This document shows, piece by piece, positions 8,432 to 17,921 of a DNA stretch of 64,000 nucleotides. The position numbers and the translations under genes were made by a program. The number at the start of each line of letters is the position of its first letter. The first letter of the stretch is position 1. Source of the DNA: an uncultured Candidatus Saccharibacteria bacterium (lineage in GTDB: Bacteria > Patescibacteriota > Minisyncoccia > JAHISW01 > Tagabacteraceae); contig CAZRMW010000001.1 in assembly GCA_964601305.1 (NCBI GenBank), positions 34,376 to 98,375 of the forward strand, written 5' to 3'. The notes beneath the pieces were generated by a model that was not told the origin of the DNA, did not search any database, and was given only the letters and a program-made list of their open reading frames with translations.

Positions 8432-9184
8432 CTATTTCTCGTACTCTCTACGGGTATTCCACCAAGCACAGTGTTCGCAATCTTTTCCAGAAGCCGGCAT
8501 CTCGCCACTCTCCAAGCATTTTTTGATTTCAAAAAGTTTTGGCTCCACCCAAGAGTCGTTGCCCTCATAAGGAATAAGCACTACATCAAATTCTATTTTT
8601 TTATCAAAAGATTTTTCGTCAGCCCGGCCCGTGCAATATACAAAATAACTAGTATCTGAAACTTTTAGCCCATTTTGCCTAAGAAGCCATTGGTACACTT
8701 CCATTTGTTTTTTGTAGCCCTCGTGCCATTTACCAGCAAGCTCTTTTACAGGCTCCGCCTTCGCGGTTGCTTTGTAGTCTACTACTATATACTCCCCGTT
8801 TTCATTTATCCAAAGGTCGTCTATGGCCCCAGACACAGTAAGCCCCGTAGGTTCATGCTTATACTCTACCCCTTCAAAGTTTTCTCGCCATGTATTTATT
8901 TTTTCGTGCTGTGCTGGTTTTACCTTGAGCTCGTATTCTTTCTGAAGTGGGTGCTGTGTGTTTTCTGCTCTATGAATATCAAACTCTTGTTTAAGCTGAT
9001 AGTCCACTGCACTATTTAAAAGAAAGGCTGGCAACGGCACTCTTTTTGTGCCAAGTTTATTGTCTATATAGAAACAGCGTGGGCACCCACAAAACAAGTC
9101 GATTTTAGATCGACTAAGCCTCCACTTGTCTCCACCGTAATTCCACATGGCACTTCTTTTAGAGTTGTATCCGTAATTTGTCAT
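8432..9184 (-). CDS. PD-(D/E)xK nuclease, Cas4/RecB-like (DUF83-type) with Cys clusters
   Basis: Motifs IDDLWINENGEYIVVDYKAT (D...E-x-K) and QMEVYQWLL (QxxxY), with N-terminal CGCPRC and C-terminal CEHCAW cysteines as in Cas4 Fe-S nucleases; no cas genes or CRISPR array nearby. Confidence 0.6.
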   Translation of the reverse strand: MTNYGYNSKRSAMWNYGGDKWRLSRSKIDLFCGCPRCFYIDNKLGTKRVPLPAFLLNSAVDYQLKQEFDIHRAENTQHPLQKEYELKVKPAQHEKINTWRENFEGVEYKHEPTGLTVSGAIDDLWINENGEYIVVDYKATAKAEPVKELAGKWHEGYKKQMEVYQWLLRQNGLKVSDTSYFVYCTGRADEKSFDKKIEFDVVLIPYEGNDSWVEPKLFEIKKCLESGEMPASGKDCEHCAWWNTRREYEK

Positions 9185-9211
9185 GAAGGCATTATAGCAT
9201 AAAAAGTACTT

Positions 9212-9415
9212 TTACCCTCGTTTTCTAGGCACAATTAGAATAGCGATGAAATAAGCAAGTATTCCTGGTAAAAACCCTGAAAGAGCCATTAAAAACAATA
9301 CAACAACTCTCAAGACTGTAGGATCTATATCAAAATACTCTCCTAATCCCCCGAGTATACCCGCAAAAACTCTGTTATCCTCACTTCTATAAAGTTTTTT
9401 ATTTCTTACTGTCAT
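9212..9415 (-). CDS. PspC-domain protein
   Basis: RSEDNRVFAGILGGLGEYFDIDPTVLRVVVL matches the PspC motif, followed by a TM helix. Confidence 0.7.
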   Translation of the reverse strand: MTVRNKKLYRSEDNRVFAGILGGLGEYFDIDPTVLRVVVLFLMALSGFLPGILAYFIAILIVPRKRG

Positions 9416-9438
9416 ATATATAGTATATAATAAAACAT

Positions 9439-10647
9439 ATGAGTTTTCTATCTTCTACAAAATATTTTGACGGGAAAATTTCTCACGGCTTTGTGTCTCT
9501 TTATACAAGCAAAACCATCACAATGATATCTGGGGGTCTTTTGGGATTGTTCCTGCCGATATTTATTTACAACCTTTTAGGACAAAACTTTCAAAAGACG
9601 ATGTTGTTCTATGGAGCTGGCTATTTTTTATATGCAATTTCTTTGTTTTTGTTTGTAAGATTTTTAAATAAATTTGGTTTTAGAAGAGCTCTTCGAGCAA
9701 GCACATTTTTGGGTGCTCTCTATTTCACATTTTTTTATTTTATAGACGAAACTAACTATTCTTATTTTCTTCCTGCTATAATTGTTGTTATAACCTTATA
9801 TAGACTCAGTTATTGGCTCCCTTACCAGGTAGATTTTGCAAAATTTACAAGCAAAAAAAACAGAGGCAAGCAAATAAGCGCAATGAAAGCAACAAGAGAA
9901 GCTATTGGAATTTTTATCCCCCTGATTGCTGGGTTGGTAATAAAAAACTTTGGCTTTGACATACTTTTTATAGTAGCAATAATTCTTTATTTAGTTTCTT
10001 ATATCCCCTACCTTACTATTCCTCGCACAAAAGAAAGATATATGTGGAACTATAAACAAACTTTAGAAAATTTAATTTCTAAAAAAAACAGAAAACAACT
10101 TATAGCCTTTATGTCCGACGGTGCAGAAACTGCCATCTCTGCAATAGTTTGGCCTATTTTTATATTTCAAGTTTTAAAGGGTGATTTCCTAAAACTTGGT
10201 GCTCTTTCAACTTTAATAATTGCTGTTACCATGTTTTTGCAACTTATGATAGGAAAAAAATTAGACAAAACTGGTCACAAAAATAAAATACTAAAATTTG
10301 GGAGTATGTTTTCCTCTATAAGTTGGGTCATAAAAATATTTGTAGTTTCGGCTTTTCATGTTTTTGTTATTGGCGCATTTCACAACATAATGAGAATATT
10401 TACGCGAATTCCTTTCGATTCTCTTACATACGAAATAGCGGCCGACGAAGGCCACTATGTAGATGAGTTTACTGTACTTCACGAAATAGCAGTATCTACA
10501 GGCAGAGTGCTAATGGTAATTTTTGCAATAATTATCTCCTTATTTTACCCAATTCAATATGTGTTTATCATTGCTGCAGTTTCAGCTATTTTCCTAAATC
10601 TTCTTCGCCCTCATCTTGCTGATGAGTCTTTAAGTACTTCTGTCTAA
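9439..10647 (+). CDS. polytopic membrane transporter (MFS-like)
   Basis: 402 aa, about 10-12 TM helices; 3' end overlaps the convergent 10586..13027 gene. Confidence 0.5.
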   Translation: MSFLSSTKYFDGKISHGFVSLYTSKTITMISGGLLGLFLPIFIYNLLGQNFQKTMLFYGAGYFLYAISLFLFVRFLNKFGFRRALRASTFLGALYFTFFYFIDETNYSYFLPAIIVVITLYRLSYWLPYQVDFAKFTSKKNRGKQISAMKATREAIGIFIPLIAGLVIKNFGFDILFIVAIILYLVSYIPYLTIPRTKERYMWNYKQTLENLISKKNRKQLIAFMSDGAETAISAIVWPIFIFQVLKGDFLKLGALSTLIIAVTMFLQLMIGKKLDKTGHKNKILKFGSMFSSISWVIKIFVVSAFHVFVIGAFHNIMRIFTRIPFDSLTYEIAADEGHYVDEFTVLHEIAVSTGRVLMVIFAIIISLFYPIQYVFIIAAVSAIFLNLLRPHLADESLSTSV

Positions 10648-13027
10648 TCTCTGACTCCACTTCGCTGGCTGGTCTACCATATTTTATAGCTGACAATTCT
10701 TTCACCTTGCTTGCCACCTGAGAACTAGTTTCTTCAGGAGGAATTGTTTGTATATTAAAAGGCTTTGTAGATTCGCCACCAACTAAAAGTTTTAGATACG
10801 CATTGTAGTTTGGTATGTTTGTTAAGTCTTCTCTTTCAAAAACCGGCTCAAACATTTTTGCTAAAAATTCTGCATCTTCTTCTCCCACTCTAAATACAGC
10901 AAGTGATCCAACGTTTCCAAAAACAGCTTTTTTTATTTCTTCGTCTAGCTGGCCAATAAATTGGTGTGCAATAGTAAGATCTAGTCGATACTTTCTTGCT
11001 TCAGACAAAATCATAGCAATAGAGTTTGTGGTAATATTTTGAAATTCGTCTATGTAGAAGTAAAAATCTTTTCTTGTGCTTTCTGGTATATCTACGCGCG
11101 ACATTGCTGCCATAAAAATTTTGCCCACAAGAAGCATACCCAAAAGATTTGCGTTTAATTCTCCAAGTCGGCCTTTGGATAGGTTTATTAGTAAAATTTT
11201 ACCATCATCCATTATTTCTCTGAAGTTGAGCGATGTGTTTTCTTGCGCTAAAATTGGCCTCATTATTTCGTTGCTTAAAAATGTATCGAATTTGCTGGTG
11301 ATATAAGGAACAATATTTGCAAGAGCTGCTTCTCCGCCAGCTTTCCCCGCAGTTTCTTTCCAAAAATTATTTACTACCGGATTGTTACTTTTTGAAAGTT
11401 TTAGTTCACGATAATCTTCATCTGTTAACACTCTGGAAATTTCTAAAAGTGTGTTACCGCTCTCTGGATCTTCCATCACAAGGAGTGTGGCGTTTCTAAA
11501 ATATTGCTCAAACATAGGGCCACCCGCCACAGACATATCGTAAAGTTTATCAAAAATCTCTAAAAGTTCGTTTACTATAAAAGTTTTCTGCTCCGGATTC
11601 TTTTTGTCGTACTCAAGCATATTTAATCCAAAAGGTCTTCTTGTGTCTGCAGGATTGAAATATACTACATCTTCCCATCTTTCTTCAGGAATTTGACCTA
11701 AAACATCTTCGAGGTCAGAACCGTGTGGATCTATAAAACACACGCCATGCCCTGCTTTTATATCTTGAAGAACCATATTTTTAAGAAGGGCAGACTTACC
11801 AGTACCAGTCTGACCAATTGTATAAAAATGCCTTCGCCTATCGTCTTCTGAAAAATGTATGTCTGTTTCTTTTCCTCTGAAGAAATTTTTTCCAAGTACA
11901 ACGCCTTTTTGTTGTAAACTTACAGGAGGCTCTGTATTTCTTGTTTTTGAAAGTTTTACTTTTGGAGCAGAAAGACCATAGGAAGGAAAATGAAAAATAC
12001 TTGTAAGCTCTTCTGTGTTTAAATGAAGAGATTCTTTTTCATTAAACAATCTAAAAGAAAAATTATGGAAAAAGTTTTTTAACACAGATCCCTTTAAATC
12101 GTTTGCAACAAAAGCATTGCCCATTACAGAAGAATATTGAGAAAAAGCGCTTTTAACTTGGTTTAAAATACTTTGTGATCGTTCTGTAGTTTGTGAAGAA
12201 ACAACTAGCCGAATATTTGCCCTCATTATTGGCTTCGCAATTTTTTTATTTAAAAAACTTAAAATTTCTGTATTTGCTTCTCTTTCCATAGAAGAAAGCG
12301 CAGACACACCATCTTTGTTTGAATGAATAGTACCCCCCGTGGCCACTTTAAGAAACGAATGTTGCAAACTTTCCCCACCTTTTAAAGCAGATTTTACTGG
12401 CTCTCCAGAATTAATGAGGTTAATAGATTTTTGTACACTTTTTTTAAAATTTGTTTCTTGGGGATCTATTATTATTTGAAGAGAGGCTCCTTCTTTATCT
12501 CTTTCTAAATCAGAAAAAGTGTTCACTACCACTTCAAGTGGGCTTGTTTCTAATTCTTCGTATGTTTTTATTGGCAACACATCGCTAGTTTTTAGTTTTA
12601 GTGTGGCCCCTGCGTTTGGCGCGCCATATTTAAAAATATTATAATCCGCTTTTTCTTCGCGAATTTCTGCTGTTGGGAAAACGGCACGGACTTGATTTTG
12701 AAAAACAGAAATTTTGTCTCTCGGTACAGCCACATAAAAATTAATCTCATTTTCTGTAGACGGAGAAACTATTTCTAGAGAAAAATAAGAACCTAAGTTT
12801 AGCATTCCCATATAAAACTGTTCCATTTTAGAAACAAGCTCTTTGAAAGGCTTTTCTTCTTTTTGGCTTCTTGGGAAACTGACTTCGTACAAAGAAAGAT
12901 CGAGCGCATGCCTTAGATCAGAATCTCTTTTTTGCCTCAAAACAAAAAACAAAAGAAGTCCTATTAAAATAAAAAATAGAGGAAGTATAACAAAAGGACT
13001 AAACAAAAGATCTAATGATTTTGACAT
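10586..13027 (-). CDS. VirD4/TraG/TraD-like type IV coupling-protein-family ATPase with N-terminal TM anchor and about 400-aa unknown N-domain
   Basis: Walker A IGQTGTGKS followed by CFIDPHGSD; C-terminal ARKYRLDLTIAHQFIGQL...VFGNVGSLAVFRV matches the TraG-D_C (TraM-recognition) region; TM helix near the N-terminus. Confidence 0.7.
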   Translation of the reverse strand: MSKSLDLLFSPFVILPLFFILIGLLLFFVLRQKRDSDLRHALDLSLYEVSFPRSQKEEKPFKELVSKMEQFYMGMLNLGSYFSLEIVSPSTENEINFYVAVPRDKISVFQNQVRAVFPTAEIREEKADYNIFKYGAPNAGATLKLKTSDVLPIKTYEELETSPLEVVVNTFSDLERDKEGASLQIIIDPQETNFKKSVQKSINLINSGEPVKSALKGGESLQHSFLKVATGGTIHSNKDGVSALSSMEREANTEILSFLNKKIAKPIMRANIRLVVSSQTTERSQSILNQVKSAFSQYSSVMGNAFVANDLKGSVLKNFFHNFSFRLFNEKESLHLNTEELTSIFHFPSYGLSAPKVKLSKTRNTEPPVSLQQKGVVLGKNFFRGKETDIHFSEDDRRRHFYTIGQTGTGKSALLKNMVLQDIKAGHGVCFIDPHGSDLEDVLGQIPEERWEDVVYFNPADTRRPFGLNMLEYDKKNPEQKTFIVNELLEIFDKLYDMSVAGGPMFEQYFRNATLLVMEDPESGNTLLEISRVLTDEDYRELKLSKSNNPVVNNFWKETAGKAGGEAALANIVPYITSKFDTFLSNEIMRPILAQENTSLNFREIMDDGKILLINLSKGRLGELNANLLGMLLVGKIFMAAMSRVDIPESTRKDFYFYIDEFQNITTNSIAMILSEARKYRLDLTIAHQFIGQLDEEIKKAVFGNVGSLAVFRVGEEDAEFLAKMFEPVFEREDLTNIPNYNAYLKLLVGGESTKPFNIQTIPPEETSSQVASKVKELSAIKYGRPASEVESEIRQKYLKTHQQDEGEEDLGK

Positions 13028-13393
13028 TTACTTTATTTGTTGAGTGGAAAATTCCTGAACCAAGCGATCGTGAAAAGCATCGTCTATTGCAGGATCTAAG
13101 TTCTTAGAAACTTTTGCAGCATTTACGATTCCCTTCTGTTCTGCAAACTTAAAAAGATTATCTACCGCTTTTTGCACTTCTCCTTGAGCAGGGTCTATTA
13201 TCGCCTTTTCTACACTTTTCAAATCTTCCCCCGAAATCAAATTTTCTTTAGAATAAATTTGTTCTGGCTTAAGCTGAACGTGCTCGCCTACTATTTCTCG
13301 AGTCTGCTCTGGACTGCTTTCAACTTTTTCCCTAAGACCTTGCCACTCCTGTTGCGGACTAATTTTCTGTTCAAATTGTTGTTCATTTGTCAT
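13028..13393 (-). CDS. hypothetical acidic protein, translationally coupled to the VirD4-like ATPase gene
   Basis: 121-aa ORF; its stop abuts the start of 10586..13027 (13028/13027). Confidence 0.45.
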   Translation of the reverse strand: MTNEQQFEQKISPQQEWQGLREKVESSPEQTREIVGEHVQLKPEQIYSKENLISGEDLKSVEKAIIDPAQGEVQKAVDNLFKFAEQKGIVNAAKVSKNLDPAIDDAFHDRLVQEFSTQQIK

Positions 13394-13440
13394 AAGCTTA
13401 TTATATCACAAATTCAAACACTTTTGGTATATCTACACCA

Positions 13441-13467
13441 AAATAACGGAGTTGAACTCCGTTATTT
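13441..13467. terminator. palindromic hairpin AAATAACGGAGTTGAACTCCGTTATTT (repeated at 17431..17458)
   Basis: Perfect inverted repeat plus T-run downstream of the 13477..14673 gene; second copy 4 kb away. Confidence 0.5.
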
Positions 13468-13476
13468 TCTGTTATT

Positions 13477-14673
13477 TTATTTTCTACCTCTCTTAAACGC
13501 TTTTATAAAGACATCTTCTATTATATCAAAATCTTCTATCCCCAAAGAAACTCTCAAGAGATACGGATCTATTCCTATTCTCTTCTTTTTTATTTCAGAG
13601 ACTTGCGCGTGTGTCATGTAAAAAGGGTTACAAAACATAGTATCTGTGCACCCTAAGCTTACAGCAAAAGCAATACCGCTTTTTATCAAAGAATTTACAA
13701 ATTTTTCCAAGTCTACACTTTTATTGTTTAAAACAAAAGATACGACACCCCCAAAAGCAAAATCTTCAGAAACATGCAGGCTTCCAACACAAGAAGGATT
13801 CCTTACTCTCAAAGCTTCAACCATAGAATACTCAGCCTCTTCTGAAAAAGGTAGGTTTAATCTTCCTGGATAAAAAACTTTTTCTACTTCTCCTGTTTTT
13901 ACTTTTTTTTCTATAAAATTTGCAAACAAAAGTGCGTTTATACCATGCCTTTCCATTCGTAAATTAAAAGTCTCAAGCCCTCTCATTAATAAAGTGCAGT
14001 AATCTGGAGACAAAATTCCACCCAAAGCAGTTCTCATTTCTCTTATTTTTTCGAAATACCCCTCATCATTTGTAGCAACAATCCCAGCCAACAAATCACC
14101 ATGCCCGTTTAAATACTTTGACGCACTTTCAACAACAATATCTATGCCGTGTAATATCGGTATCTGAAAGAAAGGTGTAGCAAAAGTATTGTCTATTATA
14201 CTTATGCTCCCTGTTTTTTTTGACACTTTGGCAATACCAGATAAATTAACCATCTCAAGGCAAGGATTATTTGGACTTTCTGTAAAAACAAATTTAGGAG
14301 TATTTGTATGAATTGCCCTTTCAAATTCTTTCACACCTCGTCTTAAAACTGTTGTTCCAAGGTTGGGTAAATTTTCTGAAAAGAATTTATCTGAACCACC
14401 ATACAAAACATCTCCTACCAAACAAACATCTCCAGTTCTAGAAAAAGCTAAAATCGTAGATATAATAGCAGCCATACCTGAAGAAAAAACCAAAGCATAT
14501 TTTGCACCCTCAAGTTCTGCTATCTTTTTCTCTGCTTCAACAAAACTTGGGTTATTCACTCTTGTGTAGGCAAATCCCTCTTTTTCCCCAAAAAAAACAT
14601 CTCTAGCTTCTTTTAAAGAACTAAAGCCAAAAGCACTTGTTCTAGAAATATCGGGCCTGTGATTTTTATTCAT
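13477..14673 (-). CDS. Cys/Met-metabolism PLP-dependent enzyme (cystathionine gamma-synthase / methionine gamma-lyase family)
   Basis: 398 aa; VVESASKYLNGHGDLLAGIV matches the S-x-T/S-K-y-x-x-G-H PLP-lysine motif of this family. Confidence 0.75.
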   Translation of the reverse strand: MNKNHRPDISRTSAFGFSSLKEARDVFFGEKEGFAYTRVNNPSFVEAEKKIAELEGAKYALVFSSGMAAIISTILAFSRTGDVCLVGDVLYGGSDKFFSENLPNLGTTVLRRGVKEFERAIHTNTPKFVFTESPNNPCLEMVNLSGIAKVSKKTGSISIIDNTFATPFFQIPILHGIDIVVESASKYLNGHGDLLAGIVATNDEGYFEKIREMRTALGGILSPDYCTLLMRGLETFNLRMERHGINALLFANFIEKKVKTGEVEKVFYPGRLNLPFSEEAEYSMVEALRVRNPSCVGSLHVSEDFAFGGVVSFVLNNKSVDLEKFVNSLIKSGIAFAVSLGCTDTMFCNPFYMTHAQVSEIKKKRIGIDPYLLRVSLGIEDFDIIEDVFIKAFKRGRK

Positions 14674-14733
14674 CTTTTCCTCCTATTTAGTTATCAAGGT
14701 TTATATAGATATGTTATAATAAATAACATAAAA

Positions 14734-16575
14734 ATGGTAGAGAAAGTATCAAAACAAATCGCAGTTATTATGCTTGGAACAATGTTTCTACTATTGTTTT
14801 TTTCCGCATGGGGAGATTCTGCCACAATGGACGAATTGGCGCACATCCCTGCTGGATACTCATATCTTTCAGAGCAAGACTTTCGTATAAACCCTGAGCA
14901 CCCCCCACTTATAAAAGATTTGTCTGCTATTCCATTAATGTTTCTAAATCTCAATTTTCCTACTGACGATCCATCATGGACAGTGGCTATAAACGGACAG
15001 TGGGACTTGGGGCGAATATTTATTTACGAATCTGGCAACGATGCAGACCAAATAATATTTTGGTCTCGCCTACCAATAATGCTTTTAGCAATCCTGTTTG
15101 GATGGATGTTTTTCAAATGGATACGCGGACTTTATGGCGACAAAGTTGCACTTCTTGCTCTTTTCTTTTTTGTATCTTCACCTACATTTTTAGCGCATTC
15201 TAGATATGTTACCACGGACTTGGCTGCAGCATTTGGATTTTTCATTGGATTAGCCTCGTTTATAAATTTTATCCGGAGAGATACAAAAAAAGATTTGATC
15301 ATTGCTGGAATAGCTTTTGGGGTAGCTCAACTATTAAAATTTTCTTTAGTAATACTTGTTCCTATATATATTATTTTGGGCATACTTTGGGTTTTCCTAA
15401 AAAATTATGAAAATTTTGCTTTTGGCAAATTCATAAAAGAATCTCTTGTAATAGGTGGGAAAATAATTCTTATTGGATTAATTGGGTTAGCAATAGTGTG
15501 GCCTACATATGTATACCACACTTGGAATTATCCCATGGAAAGACAAGTTTCGGATATGTCTCATATCTTAAACACTTTTAGAGTTAAAATAATTTCCAAT
15601 TCTGTAATATGGATGGCGAGCATGCCAAGCCTCCGCGCACTTGGAGAGTACTTATTTGGTATTTTGATGGTTATGCAAAGAGCAGCAGGAGGAAATAATG
15701 TCTTTCTTCTTGGAGAAGTTGCAAACAAAGGTTGGCCAATTTATTTTCCTCTTCTTTATTTACTAAAAGAACATTTAGCTTTAAATATTCTGGCTTTAAT
15801 TTCTATGCTATTTGGCCTAAACAACATCAGAAAAAGCAAGGATAAAAATTTAAAAACTTTTTTTGCATGGCTAAAAGATAATTTTGCTCTCACTACTAGT
15901 TTTATTTTTATTGCTATTTATTGGGCTCAAGCAATTACTAGTCCGCTAAATATTGGAGTACGGCATGTGCTACCAACTTTTCCATTTATTTATTTATTAA
16001 TATCCAGACAAACCATACGCTGGGTGAAAGGTTATTCCTTGGAAACTCCTTCAGATTTTTTGGGCGCACTAAAAAGTTTTTACAGAAACTATTTAAGGCC
16101 ACTTAAAAGGGGTCTTTGTTTGATATTGCTTTTGTCGTGGATGGCTATAGCTACGCTCATTACATATCCACACTATCTTTCTTATTACAACGAGCTTGGT
16201 GGTGGCACCTGGAATGGATACAAAATAGCCGTAGACTCAAACTACGATTGGGGGCAAGACTTGAAAAGACTTGTAGCTTTTTTTGAAACTGTTCCTGAAA
16301 GTGAAAAACAAAATGGAATAGCTATAGATTATTTTGGAGGTGGAAATCCCCACTATTATTTTGGAGACCAAGCAAAGATTTGGCACTCAAATACAGGTAG
16401 TCCTATAGACCATGGAATTACTTGGTTTGCAGTATCTGCTACATTTTTTCAAGAATCTCGAGCAGTGCCAGTAAAAGGTTTTATTCGTTTACCCGAAGAT
16501 ACATTTAGCTGGCTAGGAGACAAAAAACCCGTCGCCCGCGCAGGCACTTCTATATTTATATACAAATTTGAGTAA
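14734..16575 (+). CDS. GT-C fold glycosyltransferase, PMT/ArnT-like (GT39/GT83 family)
   Basis: ATMDELAH (DE motif of PMT/ArnT) in the first periplasmic loop, more than 10 TM helices, C-terminal soluble domain. ATG 14734 preferred over GTG 14659 (track start), which overlaps the upstream gene. Confidence 0.65.
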   Translation: MVEKVSKQIAVIMLGTMFLLLFFSAWGDSATMDELAHIPAGYSYLSEQDFRINPEHPPLIKDLSAIPLMFLNLNFPTDDPSWTVAINGQWDLGRIFIYESGNDADQIIFWSRLPIMLLAILFGWMFFKWIRGLYGDKVALLALFFFVSSPTFLAHSRYVTTDLAAAFGFFIGLASFINFIRRDTKKDLIIAGIAFGVAQLLKFSLVILVPIYIILGILWVFLKNYENFAFGKFIKESLVIGGKIILIGLIGLAIVWPTYVYHTWNYPMERQVSDMSHILNTFRVKIISNSVIWMASMPSLRALGEYLFGILMVMQRAAGGNNVFLLGEVANKGWPIYFPLLYLLKEHLALNILALISMLFGLNNIRKSKDKNLKTFFAWLKDNFALTTSFIFIAIYWAQAITSPLNIGVRHVLPTFPFIYLLISRQTIRWVKGYSLETPSDFLGALKSFYRNYLRPLKRGLCLILLLSWMAIATLITYPHYLSYYNELGGGTWNGYKIAVDSNYDWGQDLKRLVAFFETVPESEKQNGIAIDYFGGGNPHYYFGDQAKIWHSNTGSPIDHGITWFAVSATFFQESRAVPVKGFIRLPEDTFSWLGDKKPVARAGTSIFIYKFE

Positions 16576-16582
16576 TATTCGC

Positions 16583-16661
16583 CTAATATGGTGAAAATCA
16601 CCCGAGATTTCACCATATTAAACAAAAAATCGCCAGTTGAGCTTAGCCCAACTGGCGATTT
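16583..16661. repeat. conserved 54-nt hairpin repeat (ATATGGTGAAAATCACC..GAGATTTCACCATAT) followed by terminator hairpin; second copy at 17468..17548
   Basis: 54-nt stretch almost identical at both loci; each lies 3' of a small-membrane-protein gene, followed by a GC hairpin plus T-run. Confidence 0.5.
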
Positions 16662-16665
16662 AATT

Positions 16666-17034
16666 TTATTGTATTTTTCTCCTGTAAAGAATGGAAAAAA
16701 AGATTGAATAACCGAAGAACACCCCAGACATAACCCAAGCAAACAAAAATCCAATACTATCTACGGGTCGAGGAAAAATAAAGCCCAAAAAAAGAAACAC
16801 AATACCAACCACTAAGGTATACGACGCCTGCCAAAACCAATCGTCAAGTTTTGCTTTTTTGTCCTCATTCAAATCACCTACTCTTATTTCTCTAAACTTA
16901 AACTTGTCTTCCACAGCACCCTCCTTTTGTGTTTTTATTAAAATTTCAATTCCCATGCTATAGTAAAGCATCTGTCCCCTTTTCCCACACATCACACAGA
17001 CAGGGCCTGTGCATATAAGTAAACAAGTATACAA
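16666..17034 (-). CDS. small membrane protein (possibly the C-terminal half of a frameshifted gene with 16958..17275)
   Basis: 122-aa ORF with 2-3 TM helices; overlaps 16958..17275 by 77 nt in another frame; Cys-rich N-terminus CTGPVCVMCG. Confidence 0.4.
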   Translation of the reverse strand: MYTCLLICTGPVCVMCGKRGQMLYYSMGIEILIKTQKEGAVEDKFKFREIRVGDLNEDKKAKLDDWFWQASYTLVVGIVFLFLGFIFPRPVDSIGFLFAWVMSGVFFGYSIFFSILYRRKIQ

Positions 17035-17275
17035 GCGAAAGAAAAAATGGAATAAAAGTAAAAATCAAAAAAAATGAACTATAACTATTAAAAAATAAGA
17101 AAAAAAGATCTACTAACAAAAAAATAAAACCAATAAAAAAAGAAAAAACTCCATTTGTTAATGCACTTAAATATTGGGTATCAATTTGCCTTATTTTTTC
17201 ATCTTTCAAATAATCAAAACTAAATTCTTTGAAAGAAAAATTTTTTCTTGCTTTTAACAATTTTTGGTAAAACAC
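16958..17275 (-). CDS. small membrane protein, paralog of 17556..17906
   Basis: N-terminus KLLKARKNFSFKEFSFDYLKDEKI resembles KILKYNKFRDFGLEDFNKEEAGI of 17556..17906; conserved upstream promoter repeat. Confidence 0.4.
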   Translation of the reverse strand: MFYQKLLKARKNFSFKEFSFDYLKDEKIRQIDTQYLSALTNGVFSFFIGFIFLLVDLFFLFFNSYSSFFLIFTFIPFFLSLVYLFTYMHRPCLCDVWEKGTDALL

Positions 17276-17320
17276 AATGAACCTCCTTAGTTGTTAGTTT
17301 ATTTTTATTTTTCAAAATAC

Positions 17321-17395
17321 ACTTCCCTTTTTGTAGTTTTCTCTAAATTTTATACCACAAATTGTTTTTCAACACAATGGTAACCTATCTAGTGC
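17321..17395 (-). promoter_or_regulatory. conserved promoter repeat (minus strand: -35 TTGTGT, 17-nt spacer, TGG-TATAAAAT extended -10)
   Basis: About 70-nt repeat nearly identical to 17922..17998, containing TATACCACAAATT on the plus strand (reverse complement AATTTGTGGTATAAAAT). Confidence 0.45.
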
Positions 17396-17430
17396 TATAG
17401 CAGATGTCGTGTTCCATTTTTAAAATAACA

Positions 17431-17548
17431 AAATAACGGAGTTCAACTCCGTTATTTTAAATATTAGCTAATATGGTGAAAATCACCAGAGATTTCACCA
17501 TATTAAACAAAAAACCGCCAGGCCTTTTCAGGTTCTGGTGGTTTAAAT
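17431..17548. repeat. composite of three hairpins: AAATAACGGAGTTCAACTCCGTTATTT palindrome, conserved 54-nt ATATGGTGAAA hairpin, and terminator
   Basis: Repeat copies of 13441..13467 and 16583..16636; T-runs on both strands. Confidence 0.45.
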
Positions 17549-17555
17549 TTATCTG

Positions 17556-17906
17556 TTATTTTTTCTTGGGGCAAAAATGACAAGTTTCTGCACCTCTTTT
17601 TACTTCCCCTTCGCAAGTAGTACATATCTTTACTTTTTTGTTTTGATCTTTGACTGTATACCTCAAATAACATCCTACAAAAAAAAGAAAAATCGAGAAA
17701 ACAAGATTGGTGATACTTATCGCCCATATTACCCGCATACTAAAATCTTGTAGGAATAAAAATCCACTTCCCACACATACATACAAATACACAGCCACGA
17801 GAATTCGAAATATGCCAGCCTCTTCTTTGTTAAAATCTTCAAGCCCAAAATCCCTGAATTTATTATATTTCAAAATCTTCTTTCCTATTAATTCTGGCAT
17901 TAGCAT
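17556..17906 (-). CDS. small membrane protein with C-terminal Zn-ribbon (CTTCEGEV...CHFC)
   Basis: 116 aa, 2 TM helices, four C-terminal Cys in CxxC...CxxC arrangement. Confidence 0.5.
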   Translation of the reverse strand: MLMPELIGKKILKYNKFRDFGLEDFNKEEAGIFRILVAVYLYVCVGSGFLFLQDFSMRVIWAISITNLVFSIFLFFVGCYLRYTVKDQNKKVKICTTCEGEVKRGAETCHFCPKKK

Positions 17907-17921
17907 AGTACCCCCTTTTTC

